64,000 nt of DNA from Octopus sinensis (lineage: Eukaryota). Location: NCBI RefSeq assembly GCF_006345805.1, contig NC_043011.1, forward strand, positions 46,016,464 to 46,080,463. Reading direction: 5' to 3'. Both the position numbers and the translations under genes were made by a program. Shown piece after piece: positions 13,673-25,805 of the stretch (positions within the stretch are counted from its first letter, which is position 1; every line of letters begins with the position of its first letter). The notes under the pieces were generated by a model. That model was not told the DNA's origin and did not search any database. It worked only from the letters and a program-made list of their open reading frames with translations.

Positions 13673-13707
13673 CTGCGTTTAGAGAATAAGGATGTTGTGA
13701 AATTTAG
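13673..13707 (+). CDS. Candidate 35-nt micro-exon (LRLENKDVVKF), phase 0-2
   Basis: tttcttccacattacag acceptor, TAG|gtgagt donor, only one frame open. Confidence 0.35.
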
Positions 13708-14647
13708 GTGAGTTTGTTACTAAACAGAAATACCTGGACACCTGATGCTTGACAAAAAAAAGCACATGGTAGTATAGGAAATAATTAGGGACCGAGAAAC
13801 GTGTTTCAAGAATTTTATACACACACACATTCAAATGTTACTATTGTAAATAAAAGAAGAAGATAGTACTCAATACATTACACATTTTCTTCATATATTA
13901 AAAACTCAGTTAAAAGACACACAGACACACATGCATGTATGTGTGTGTGTGTGTGTATGTATGTGTGTATGTATATATATATATATTATTTAATAGACAC
14001 AATATTTGTTTTTATGTGCTACTAATAGTTTTTTTATGTTGAGAAAAACCTCAAACATATTCATTAGGCACAAATCACATATCATAATGAACTAGAAATT
14101 GAATCAGAGAAGAAACACGAACAGTTGATAAGGAAGCATACAGAAAATGTGGAAGGTTAAAAAATGGAAAATGATAAAGTATAGATTAGTATATTAGTAT
14201 ATATGTATAATATAACAATATATATATATATAACATAATATATATCTATATATATATATAATGTAATATATATATAATATATATTATAATGTAATATATA
14301 TATAATATTATATATATATATATAATATATATATATATATATAGATAATATAATATATATATATATATTAATATATATATATATATACAATATAATATAA
14401 TATATATATAATATATATATATACGTATATATATATATATGTATATAATATAATAGTCAGTTGAGGAGTGTTCTGTTAAGAACTTATAAGAGTACAAATA
14501 GACCTCGTTCACTCTTAGTATTCTCAAATAGCCAAATTCTTATTGTAGGCTACCAATTCTAGTCCTAGGTAGTCATCGTGTGTGAAAATAAAAAGTAAAA
14601 AGTAAAATAGTCAAAAGGAAGAGTAAATATGGTTAGGCAGTTTTTTA

Positions 14648-14769
14648 ATCACTACAAATGTTTCGATACATACACATCCTCGAATATAAAGGATTTAAAG
14701 TTAAGTTTAAATTAAATTATTTAATGATTTGCCCGTATAAGAAGATCTATATGTATCTCCTCAGGCGAT
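14648..14769 (-). ncRNA. Type I hammerhead ribozyme candidate
   Basis: Minus strand: ATCGC-CTGAGGA-GATACATATA..(long loop)..TGTATGTATC-GAAAC-ATTT-GTA-GTGAT; 10-bp stem II, 5-bp stem I, ATTAAA just after the site. Confidence 0.7.
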
Positions 14770-14981
14770 ACTCAGTTGCTGTCTCCATAAGCAAATTTAG
14801 ATTTCCATGCTACAACATCCATGGCTTTGACTATTCTATGTGAAATGTCAGAATACTAACAAGCAAGCCAGTGTTCTAAATGCTTTATACCATCTGTTCT
14901 TACTCTTATATATATATATATATATATATATAGATATATATATATAATAGAATATTATATATATATATATATAATATAGAG

Positions 14982-15425
14982 TAGTTCTTATGCCTGGCGT
15001 TGCTCGGGTTTTGTTTTTTAGTTGCCCTTAAAACGGCAGACTTTGATGTTGCATTGACAAAGTTTTGACATAGTTCCAATCTTTTTTGAAAAGTAAAAAT
15101 TTTGCATTATGTAGCTTGGTATTCTCTTTAAGTGAACATTTTTCTGATTGAAATACACCGAAACAGGGCAACATAGCAGTCAAAAAATCATAAAAGATAG
15201 GGATTTTCATAGAAAAAAATGCACCTTTTTGATGTAAATAATTTTTGGTGTTAACATGGTCCGATTTGAATTTTATCTTCTACGGAAGGAAGAGCAAGCC
15301 TTCTTCTATTATACACTCAATTTTGGTCAACTTGCACCGCAGGGTCTTGGGGGAGATAGTGTTAGTTCAAGGCTACCAAACCTGCCACACACACACACAC
15401 ACAACTTCAGCTTTATATGTATAGA
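14982..15425 (-). mobile_element. Non-autonomous Helitron-like element
   Basis: Reverse copy of 51057-51447; 5' TC, 3' CCCGAGCAACGCCAGG hairpin followed by a CTAG-like end. Confidence 0.75.
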
Positions 15426-15431
15426 TATATA

Positions 15432-16005
15432 TCATCATCATCATCATCATCATCATCATTTAAAGTCCGCTTTCCATGCTAGCATGGGTTGGACGGTTCA
15501 ACTGGGGTCTGGGGAGCCCGAAAGCTGCACCAGTCCAGTCAGATCTGGCAGTGTTTCTACAGCTGGATGCCCTTCCTAACGCCAACCACTCCGAGAGTGT
15601 AGTGGGTGATTTTATGTGCCACCGACACAGGTGCCAGACGAGGCTGGCAAACGGCCACGCTCGGATGGTGTTTTTTAATGTGCCACCGACACAGGTGCCA
15701 GACGAGGCTGGCAGACGGCCACGTTCGGATGGTGTTTTTTATGTGCCACCGACACAGGAGCCAGATGAGGCTGGCAAACGGCCACGATCGGATGGTGTTT
15801 TTACGTGCCCACAGCACGGAGGCCAGTCGATGCGGTACTGGCTACGCGGCCACGTTCGGATGTTTTCTTGTGTGCCACGTGCCACCGGCACTGGTACCAC
15901 AAAGATACAAATTCCATTGATGTTCATCTATTTTGATTGTTTGATTTTCACTTGCCTCAACAGGTCTTCACAAGTGTCACAAGAAGGAAGGTATGCACAG
16001 GTGGA
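15432..16005 (-). mobile_element. Family-D SINE with 4-5 internal ~55-bp repeats
   Basis: Repeated GTGCCACCGACACAGG.GCCAGA.GAGGCTGGCA.ACGGCCACG units; (GAT)n tail. Confidence 0.85.
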
Positions 16006-16020
16006 ATATAATATAATATA

Positions 16021-16058
<38 letters not shown>

Positions 16059-16098
16059 ATGATATATATATATGTATATATATGTATATATATGTATG

Positions 16099-16134
<36 letters not shown>

Positions 16135-16578
16135 ATATGATATATATATATAATATAATATTATATATATATATATATAATCATTAAATGAGGCTATGGT
16201 ATTAGAAACACCTGCATTGCTAGAAATAAGAGCAGTGCAGGTGTTTCTAACACCCTAGTCACATTTAGAGACAATTATAGTTTTCCTTCTTGGTGAAACA
16301 TTGAAACTGCTGTCTACATTAATTTTATATATGTGTATATGTATATATATATATACATGGCTAATATACATATATGAATATGTGTATACACTGTGGTATC
16401 TCCTCACAGTTTTGCAATTGTCTGTATGTATATAAATGTAAAAGCGATCTATATGATAGGCAAGTTCCCGAACCACTCCTATTTAAACCTTTCTCTTTCC
16501 ATTTTCAAATCGAGTTTACTGTGGCTTCAACTTAACACACATTTAAGTAACATTTAAGTCTTTCTCTTTTCATTCTAG

Positions 16579-16614
16579 AATCAAGTTTCCTGTGGCTTCC
16601 ACTGATGTGTCTAA
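16579..16614 (+). CDS. Candidate 36-nt micro-exon (IKFPVASTDVS), phase 2-2
   Basis: tttctcttttcattctag acceptor, gtaaat donor; in frame with the 13673 and 26695 candidates. Confidence 0.25.
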
Positions 16615-16849
16615 GTAAATCTTAGACCATCAGATGAAAATATGTCAGTAGATAATAGTTTTTTATGTATCAGAATATTTTTAAAATAATTTCACCGGAG
16701 CAAAAAAGACTAGTTGTCTTTTTTCTTTTATATGGCTTTTCTCTTAAGTAACTCATTCTTTATGTCAATTCATTCACCGATAGCATCGATTCAACTAACT
16801 CAATATCAGCTAAGCTCATGCAATTTACACACTTCAGGCACAGATGTGG

Positions 16850-17545
16850 CTTGGTGCAGGCATGGCTGTATGGTAAAAAATTTGCTTCTCATCTACATGG
16901 TTCTGAGTTCAGTCTTACTTCATGGCTCCTTGGGAAAGTGTCTTCTACAATAACCTCGGGCTGAGCAAAGCCTTGTGAATGGTTTTGGTAGACAGAAACT
17001 AAAGTTTCTTCAGTAGACAGAAACTGAAGAACAGGCAGTGAGCTTGGCAGAAACGTTAGCACGCCAGGCAAAATGCTTAGTGGTATTTCGTCTGCTGTTA
17101 CGTTCTGAGTTCAAATTCCACCGAGATCGATTTTGCCTTTCATCCTTTCGGGGTCGATAAATTAAGTACCAGTTATGCACTGGGGTCGATGTAATCGACT
17201 TAATCCCTTTATCTGTCTTTGTTTGTCCCCTCTATGTTTAGCCCCTTGTGGCAATAAAGAAATAAGAAACTGAAGGAAGTGTGTCCTATATGTGTGTATG
17301 TGTGTGTGTGCATGCATGCATACATGTGTGTGTGCATTTGTGTTTGTCCCCACTGCCACTTGACAACCAGGGTTGGTGTGTTTATGTGCCTATAACTTAG
17401 CAGTTCAGCAAAAGAAATTGATAGAATAAGTACTGGGCTTAAAAGGCAAAAGAAGTACTGAGATCACTTTATTCGACTACAAATTCTTCAAGGTGGTGCT
17501 CCAGCATGGCCACAGTCTAATGACTGAAAAAAAGTAAAAGATAAA
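16850..17545 (+). mobile_element. Family-B SINE with a family-M SINE nested at about 17030-17270
   Basis: Family-B head, then a complete family-M copy, then the family-B 3' extension resumes. Confidence 0.7.
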
Positions 17546-17663
17546 TGAATCACTATGATATGTAATAAGTGGCACCCGGAAACAAGGGATCCACCCACAT
17601 GTTATATCGTTTCAATTCTGTACCATGACCAGTTTAAACTCTTGCAATGTACTTTCTGTTCTC

Positions 17664-17890
17664 TATTTACATTATTTACATTTGATGGATATTTGTCCTC
17701 ATCTTGTTTATTGTTACCACAACGTTTTGGTTGATATACCATCCAGCCTTCATCAGGTGTCTTGGGGAAATTTCAAACCTGGGTTTCCCCAAGACACCTG
17801 ATGAAGGCTGGAGGGTATACCAGCCTAAACGTTGTGTTAACAACAAACAAGATGAGGACAAATATCCGTCAAATGTAAATAATGTAAATA
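17664..17890. repeat. Fold-back palindromic element with decayed HHR motifs in both arms
   Basis: Arms of about 105 bp around a 13-nt loop; CTGATGAAGGCTGG..AAACGTTGTG on each strand. Confidence 0.85.
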
Positions 17891-18389
17891 ATGTACATAA
17901 CTCCTCATCTCTTGAATAATAGAATTGTATCACTTTCTGTTCTGTCCTTCCTTGTCCATATTCAGTCTCAGCTCAAAGACCCTGTACTAAATAGTTTGTG
18001 TAACATTTAACTCCATTAAACTGCGGCATACAAATATTTCATCTCCTTCCATATTTCTACTCTAATCATAAATCTATATGAGCTCATGTCCATCACTATC
18101 CACTTTCCTCTCTTTTAAAAGGGACTGAAAAGAGTACGAGTACTTCTATTATTTGACAGACTAATTAACAAAATCAATATCTGACATATATCAGTGATTC
18201 TTATTACTTGAGCGTTATTGTTTAACTAATTGGAATACAATTAGCAATGATTTCTCTACATCTACAGAATTATTTCTTGAACTCACATAGCAACACGTTA
18301 GTCCCCTTCTTGAAAATCAAAGGCCTTCACATAATACAATATTTTGTTAGAACTCACACTTATAAATTAAGTAAATTAATATTTTTAAC

Positions 18390-18552
18390 CTTTGTAATAA
18401 CAAAGGCACTTTTGGAAAGGTGTATATGAAACCAATCATGGTCTGAATTATTCTGATGGCTATTCTGATGGTACCTCCATATTCCATCAAAACAGGCCCA
18501 ATCTTTATGGTTAATGGCATTATTATCCTTGATGACATATAATGATGTTTTC
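18390..18552 (-). CDS. Candidate 163-nt exon, galactose-binding/F5-8C-like pattern (KTSLYVIKDNNAINHKDWACFDGIWRYHQNSHQNNSDHDWFHIHLSKSAFVITK)
   Basis: tgtgatttgttccag acceptor, 54 open codons, weak gttaaa donor; FDG..SH..W..I.L..IT.V spacing resembles discoidin-like folds, judged by eye only. Confidence 0.35.
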
Positions 18553-19088
18553 CTGGAACAAATCACAACACCTCTTGATTAGATATCAACTGGAGAATTA
18601 TCCTCGTCATGTCAAGAAAATTCCTCACATCACAGTTGTGAGATAATAATTTCTATAATTAAGGCAGAGGATTTAGTACAGATGGCATGTTTTACAATGT
18701 TTTATTTGGTGACGTGATTCTTTCTGAACATCTTTCCAGAGTCGATCTAATTAGTGACAGCAAAGCGGGGAATAAAATTGTAACAGAAATTTACAGAACT
18801 GAATTTAATAGAATAGCAATCATAGGAAACACTGTTGTACAATAATGTCTAAATTTTTATGAAATTACAATTGGGTTCGAATCTTTACTAAATTATCACC
18901 GTGATCACCATGACCAATCAGGCTATATCAGATATTGCTACACATCGCTGGTCACAATGCGCTTCGCATTGTTTTAGCCTTCAAATGACACCACCCCGCT
19001 GGCTAAGCGAGCAGGCCAACAGAAAAAGAGTGAGAGAAAGTTGTGGTGAAAGAGTGCAGCAGGGATTGCCACCACCCCTTCAGATGTG

Positions 19089-19121
<33 letters not shown>

Positions 19122-19134
19122 GCACACACACGAT

Positions 19135-19295
19135 AGGCTTCTTTCAGTTTCTGTCTAACCAAATCTACTCACAAGGCTTTGGTCAGCCTGAGGCTATAGT
19201 AGAACACACTTGTCCAAGGTGCTACACAGTAGGACTGAACCCAGAACCATGTGGTTGGGAAGCAAGCTTCTTACCACATAGTCATGCTTGCACCT
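19135..19295 (-). mobile_element. Family-B SINE (5' part)
   Basis: Reverse of the family-B head and CORE-like block. Confidence 0.8.
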
Positions 19296-19679
19296 ATAAG
19301 CTGAAGTTTTATGTTTTATTCAAGGTACTATAACAAATAAATCCAGACAAGTTTCAACTTTATTTTTACCTCAAGAAAGAATCAAATAAAATACCTTATA
19401 ATATTGACATCTCCCAATTCTCCTTATAATGTCTCAATTAACAGATGTTCAAGAAAGACAAAACAAAAGGAAAGAATATAGATTTTTAATTTAAGCTCAA
19501 GATTAGCAAGAAATTGTATTAAATATATGAACATTAAAATTCCTATTGTTGTTCAAGTAGATAGCATTTCTGAGGTATTTAATCTTTCAATAATTTTGTT
19601 TCTTATGTAAATAAATGAAAAATCTTGTATATTTACTAATTAATTCATTCACCAACATGTCTGAAGTTAACTTGCAGAG

Positions 19680-19729
<50 letters not shown>

Positions 19730-20129
19730 AAGAGATTATTCATTGACTAAAGTTGCTTCTTCCTCACTGTAATAATCACAAAGTTTCATGAGATCAGTGC
19801 ACTTGATAACTGTTTTAAGAAAATGTGGAGGGAAGAGAGGTTCAAGGGTGCTGCAGTTCTGTGAAGGATTAGGAGAAGTAGTAAGCAAGGTGAGGAGTGA
19901 GACACTGTAGGGGCAAAGAGATGAGAAGAATCAGGATCTGTGAGTGGCTAGGGTAGTGATGGTATGCAGCTTTCTTTCCCCTTTTTTTTAATCATTTTGT
20001 AGTCAGGAGGAGAGGCAGTGTCTATGACTTTATAAAGGAGCTCCAAGACTGAGAGGAGAGCAAAAGGTATCTCTTGTTTGAACCAAAGACCTGGCTTAAA
20101 TTGTTGCAACATTCCAAGAACCCAAGGGG

Positions 20130-20315
20130 AAAAAACAAGGACGGACAAACGGATTAAATCGATTATATCGACCCCGGTGTGTAACTGGCACTTATTTAAT
20201 TGATCCCGAATGGATGAAAGGCAAAGTTGACCTCGGCAGAATTTGAACTCAGAACGTAATGGCAGACGAAATACTGCTAAGCATTTCGCCCAGCATGCTA
20301 ATGTTTCTGCCAGCT
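20130..20315 (-). mobile_element. Family-M SINE
   Basis: Reverse central block and head. Confidence 0.8.
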
Positions 20316-20325
20316 CCCCACCTTT

Positions 20326-20355
20326 GTGTGTGTATATATATATATATATATATAC

Positions 20356-20398
<43 letters not shown>

Positions 20399-20465
20399 AT
20401 GTATATATGTGTATATATATATATATTATATATATATATATATGTATGTATGTATATATATATGT

Positions 20466-20498
<33 letters not shown>

Positions 20499-20567
20499 AT
20501 ATGTATATATATATGTATATATATATGTATATATATATATATATGTATGTATATATATATATGTATG

Positions 20568-20614
<47 letters not shown>

Positions 20615-20629
20615 ATATATATATGTGTG

Positions 20630-20666
<37 letters not shown>

Positions 20667-20700
20667 GTATGTATGTGTATATATATATATACACACACTG
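20326..20700. repeat. Long imperfect (TA)n/(TATG)n array
   Basis: Read directly; source of the 262-aa spurious ORF. Confidence 0.95.
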
Positions 20701-20884
20701 ATACATGTATGAAATTAAAATTTTTAGAATTGGCATAGGTTTAAAATTTTATTTTAATACAGTCTTAGAAACAAATGAGATTGACAAAATTGTAATTATT
20801 AACCACATGATAGACACTAGTTGTATCACCTGAAAAAATGTCTCCTGATACTGAAACTTTTACCTGTTATATATTATTGCTGTT

Positions 20885-20915
<31 letters not shown>

Positions 20916-21806
20916 GCAGCAGCAACAGATATTGTATTTCAAAAACCTCTGATATTCTCTAAGCATGAAGTTTCACTACACAGACAACAACAGTTTGTAT
21001 CAGGTGCGAGGATTTCTCAGATGAACACAGCTGCTTAACAAGCTGACAAACACCAATGTGAAAATAAAATTGTCTCTATAATGACTATAATGAAAGCAAG
21101 AAGTGCTATTTCATCAACATTAGCCCAGATATTCACACCACACATATTATCAATCAGCTAATTTAAAATCTCTTTCCTCCATATGGATATTCTAAGTTGC
21201 TGGTATGGTTAACTAAATAACCAGTTTAAGCAAGAACTAGCTTAATCATATAACTTGCAGGCTCTAGTTTCCTTGGTAACAGTTCAAATATATGCTAACA
21301 TCTCTCTCTATATATATAATAATATAGAAGCTTTGTAAAATGTAATAAACAAAAGTCAAATCACATACAACAACAACAACAAAAAAATGCAAAAAAAGGA
21401 AAGAAATATAAAAAAAAAAAATCAAAACATAAGATAACAAAAGAAAAAAATACAGAGCAGGAAAGAAATATTAAAACGGGATTTGAAAAGAAAAAAAAAA
21501 TCTATCTTCAAAGGAAAATAAAAGAATTAATACTTAAAGATACATTCTTAATGCTGATTGTTGAAGCAGCTATATTATTTTTTTCTATAAATTCTTGAAT
21601 AAAATCATGCTGCTTTGCATTAAAGGTTACGCTATTTTACAATCTGCACTTCTTCCAATATATAAATGTGTGTGTGTGTGTGTTTCTGTGTGTGTACACA
21701 GACATATACATATACATATATACACACGCATACATATGCACATATGCATATCTACTTACATATACATATACACAGGCATATAAACACACATACATATACA
21801 TATATA

Positions 21807-21850
<44 letters not shown>

Positions 21851-22116
21851 CACACATATGCATATATACTTACACATATACATATACACATGCATATATA
21901 CTTACACATATACATATACACATGCATATAAACATACATACATATACATGTGTGTATGTATGTATATATATATATATATATACACTCACATACATACACA
22001 CAGACACACACACACACACACATATGATGTGAGAGAGAAAGGTAGACAGAATGCAAGCACCATTGTTTGTAGGCAAATCAGTTGTCTGTACTGATTTCAA
22101 TTCACTCCAATTAACG

Positions 22117-22165
<49 letters not shown>

Positions 22166-22577
22166 ATGTATATATACACACTCATATATATATATGTAAA
22201 CATACACACATATGCATATATACTTACACATATACATATACACATGCATATAAACATTAGTGATGGTCTTTACAACACATGAGTAACGCTTTTTCACTTT
22301 TGCTAATACATTGAGGTACACCTCCAATATTATCAGAAAGGGTTGGATTACAAACATTTGATACAGCTGAAACCTCTGTTGGCTGCACTTTTCTTGACAC
22401 AAAAACATCGCCTACTTAATACAGGCCAAAATACTAAACAAGAAGAAAATTGCAAAACTACAAAGCTTGGATATAAACTTTATACTATATTTTTTCAAAA
22501 TGTGCATTTGTTTGTTTATTGTGAATCCAGTGTTTCAAGTTTGTTCAAGTATATATATATATATATATATATGTTAA

Positions 22578-22911
22578 GACCCCCTTCAGTCATGACTGAT
22601 GGTGGAATTGCATCTACAAAGTTACCCTCCCAGGCACAAGTCCAGGCAAGGTTGTTTATAGAAGACCAGCAGTCGCTCATGCATACCAACCTCCCCTCTC
22701 CACGCCACCAGTGTCATCCAAGGGTAAGGCAAGGGCCTATACAGCTTGGTACCCATGATGTCGCAACTCATTTCTACAACTGAGTGAACTGGAGCAACGT
22801 GAAATAAAGTGTCTTGCTCAAGAACATAACACGCAGCCTGGTCCGGGATTCAAACTCACAACCTCACGATCGTAAGCTCTACGCTCTAACCACTGAGCCA
22901 TGCACCTTCAC
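22578..22911 (-). mobile_element. Family-C SINE
   Basis: Full reverse copy of 2259-2592. Confidence 0.85.
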
Positions 22912-22917
22912 ATATAT

Positions 22918-23782
22918 ATCATCATCACCATCATCATCATTTAACGTCCGTGTTGCATGCTAGCATGGGTGGGATGGTACCACAAGAGTCGGCCAGGTCA
23001 AAGCATGCACCAGACTTCTGTGAGACAGTTTTGGCAGCATTTTCATGGCTGGATGCCCTTCCTAACACCAACCACTCAACAGAGTGGACTTAGTGCTTTT
23101 TATGTGATACAAACACAGGCGAGGTACACACACACACACACGTGTATGGCCGTGTGGTTCAAAGTTTGCTTCTAAAGCACATGGTTCCAGGTTCAGTCCC
23201 ACTGTGTGACATGTTGGGTAAGTATCTTCTGCTATAGCCTCAAGGCGACCAAAGTCTTGGGAGTGGAATTGGTAGATGGAAACAGAAAGAAGCCCTTTGT
23301 ATATGTGTGTGTGTGTGTGTGTGTGTGAGTGAGTGCCGTGTATGCCCCCCACCACTGCTTAACAACCTGTGTCCTTGCAACTTAACAGGTAAAAGAGCCT
23401 GATAGAATGAATACCAGGCTTTAAAAAAATAAGTACTGAGGTCAATCCATTCAACTAAAAATTCTTCAAGATGCTGCTCCAGCATGGTCGTAGTCTAATG
23501 ACTAAAACAAGGGACAAAATAGAAAGAAGGTAAAAGATGTATATTGGTTCCAAAATTTTGGCACAATGGCAGGAATTTCAGAGCAGGGTAAGTCGATTAT
23601 ATTGAACCAAGTACTCGAATGGTACTTAATATATCGACCCCGAAAGGATGAAAGGCAAAGTTGACTTCAGTGAAATTTGAACTCAGAATATCAAGACTAA
23701 TGAAATACTGTTTATCTTTTTGCCCCATATGCTAACAATTCTGCCAGCTCATCAATATATATACATACATACATACATATAT

Positions 23783-23847
<65 letters not shown>

Positions 23848-24080
23848 CACATATATATTATTAGTATATTTGTTTCAAATTTTGACATAAGGTTAGCAAT
23901 TTTAGGAGATAGGGAAAGATGGTTGCATGAACTCCAGTGCACAAGTGGTACTTGTTTTACTGACCTTGAAAGGATGAAGGGTAAAATTGACCTCAGCTGA
24001 GTTTGAACTCAGAACTTAAAGATGGACAAAATACTGCTTATCATTTTACCCAGCATGTTTAGGATTCTGCCAGTTCACTG
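22918..24080. mobile_element. SINE cluster: family D (-), family B (+, about 23145-23510), two family M (-)
   Basis: Diagnostic blocks of each family. Confidence 0.75.
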
Positions 24081-24589
24081 TACGTATATATTATTTATGC
24101 ACACCCACACACATTACTATTCTAATTTTCATGAAAATCTGTAAATGCTGAAGTACTTTTTTAACAACAGCATGGCTTCCTATTGCTAACCTCTCAGCCA
24201 AAAAGTTAAATCTGCATTTGTGGTTTTGTTTTAGCCAGAGAAACTAGAGCGAAATGGCTTTTTTCCAAGGGCAACGACACAAAGGCTGTAGCCTTCTTTG
24301 CGCTAATAAGTGGTCAGTTATACGACATCATAACTTCATGAGAATTGTCACATTTCCTTTGCAAGGGGATTTATTTTAAAGCTGGATAATCTGAGGCAAG
24401 GAAATGTGAAATTACATTACAGAGTGATCAAGTGATTATATTCAAGACACAAAAATGGAGCCAATAAATTCTATGTTCAGAATATGCCCACTTAACATTT
24501 CTCTTACTCTCTGCATTTATTTTGCTTGCTAACCTGAGTTGAAATAACTTCTATTATTCACTCAGGCATCAGTGTCATCGTCATCGTCG

Positions 24590-24890
24590 GCATTGTCATC
24601 ATCATCATCATCATCATCATCAACATTTAACGACGTCTGATTTTCGTGCTGGAATGGGTTGGATAGCTTGATAGGAACTGGCAAGATAAGGGGCCACACC
24701 ATGTTCTATATTCTATTTTGACTTGGTTTCTATGGCTGGATGCCCATCCTAATTCCAACCACTCAACAAAGTGTACTAGGTTCTTTTTATGTGGCACCAT
24801 CACCCACACCAATGTATTTTATGTGGCACCTTGGTTTTAGGATCTCAGTTCTGTTGTAATGGGTGGGTCTTCTTGAGTACTGCAATGCAG
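24590..24890 (-). mobile_element. Diverged family-D SINE
   Basis: (CAT)n then CATTTAACG..GGATGCCCATCCTAATTCCAACCACTC. Confidence 0.65.
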
Positions 24891-25443
24891 CACATATCTC
24901 AGAAATATGAATGGTATCTAGTCTCTACGATATTCACTAAAGTAGGGAAAACAAATTCCTCAGGATACAATATGATCTTGCCATTTGAAATATCTTTAAC
25001 TCTGTCACACTGTGTTCTCATTATAGAAGGAAAAGTTTAAATGCCATCTCTGCTGGATTACCATTTATGGTAATGAACAGCACACATAAAAGAAAAAAGA
25101 AGATAAATTACTAAAATTAGTCAACTGATCGCAGCCTCATAGTCAAGTGTATTTATGACTCATTGTTAATGGTTGTCCCCATACCTGTTGTTTAAGTTTG
25201 TTTCTAATCAGGAAAAAATAAAAATTTTGTAATGAAATTAGTGTGTGATGAACCCAGCACTTTGTTTTGTAAATGAGAAAAACCTAGATTCTTTGTAGTT
25301 GAGGAAATTATTGATGATATTTATTCTTTACACCAGGAATTTTCACTTGTGCTAGCAATGAGAGCAATTCAGACAATCAACCTAGTGAAAATGATGAGGA
25401 AAGTAGTGGTACGGGTGAACAAGTACGCTAGATGAGAGCAGGG

Positions 25444-25805
25444 CCTATTATTGTTATTCTCCTGAACTTTTTTGTGATTCTGTGCATTAGCGTGCCTAAC
25501 AGATATGGTAGTTGAAAGACCTATCATTGTTATTCTCCTGAATTCTTTTGTGATTTTGTCCATTAGTTGCCTAATGAATGATAGTTAAGAGAAAGACCTA
25601 TTAATGTTATTCTCCTGAAATTTTTTGTGATTTTGTCCATTAGTAAGCCTTACGAATATGGTAGTTGAGAGAAAGACCTATCATTGTTATTCCCCTGAAT
25701 TCTTTTGTGATTCTGTCCATTAGTGTGCCTAACACATATGGTAGTTGAGAGAAAGACCTATTATTGTAATTCCCCTGAATTTTTTTTTCTGATTTTGTCT
25801 GTTAC
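25444..25805. repeat. Minisatellite, 76-80-bp unit, about 4.6 copies
   Basis: CCTAT(T/C)ATTGTTATTC.CCTGAA.. unit starts at 25444, 25520, 25597, 25677 and 25757. Confidence 0.9.

Noticed and set aside
15476-16021. 181-aa ORF with repeated units, and a CRISPR-like repeat appearance
   Set aside because: These are internal ~55-bp tandem repeats of a SINE family found 8 or more times; there are no unique spacers and no cas genes in this eukaryotic DNA.
18400-18430. Plus-strand KGTFGKVY, resembling a kinase glycine-rich loop
   Set aside because: Stop codon within a few residues, no acceptor and no other kinase motifs nearby.
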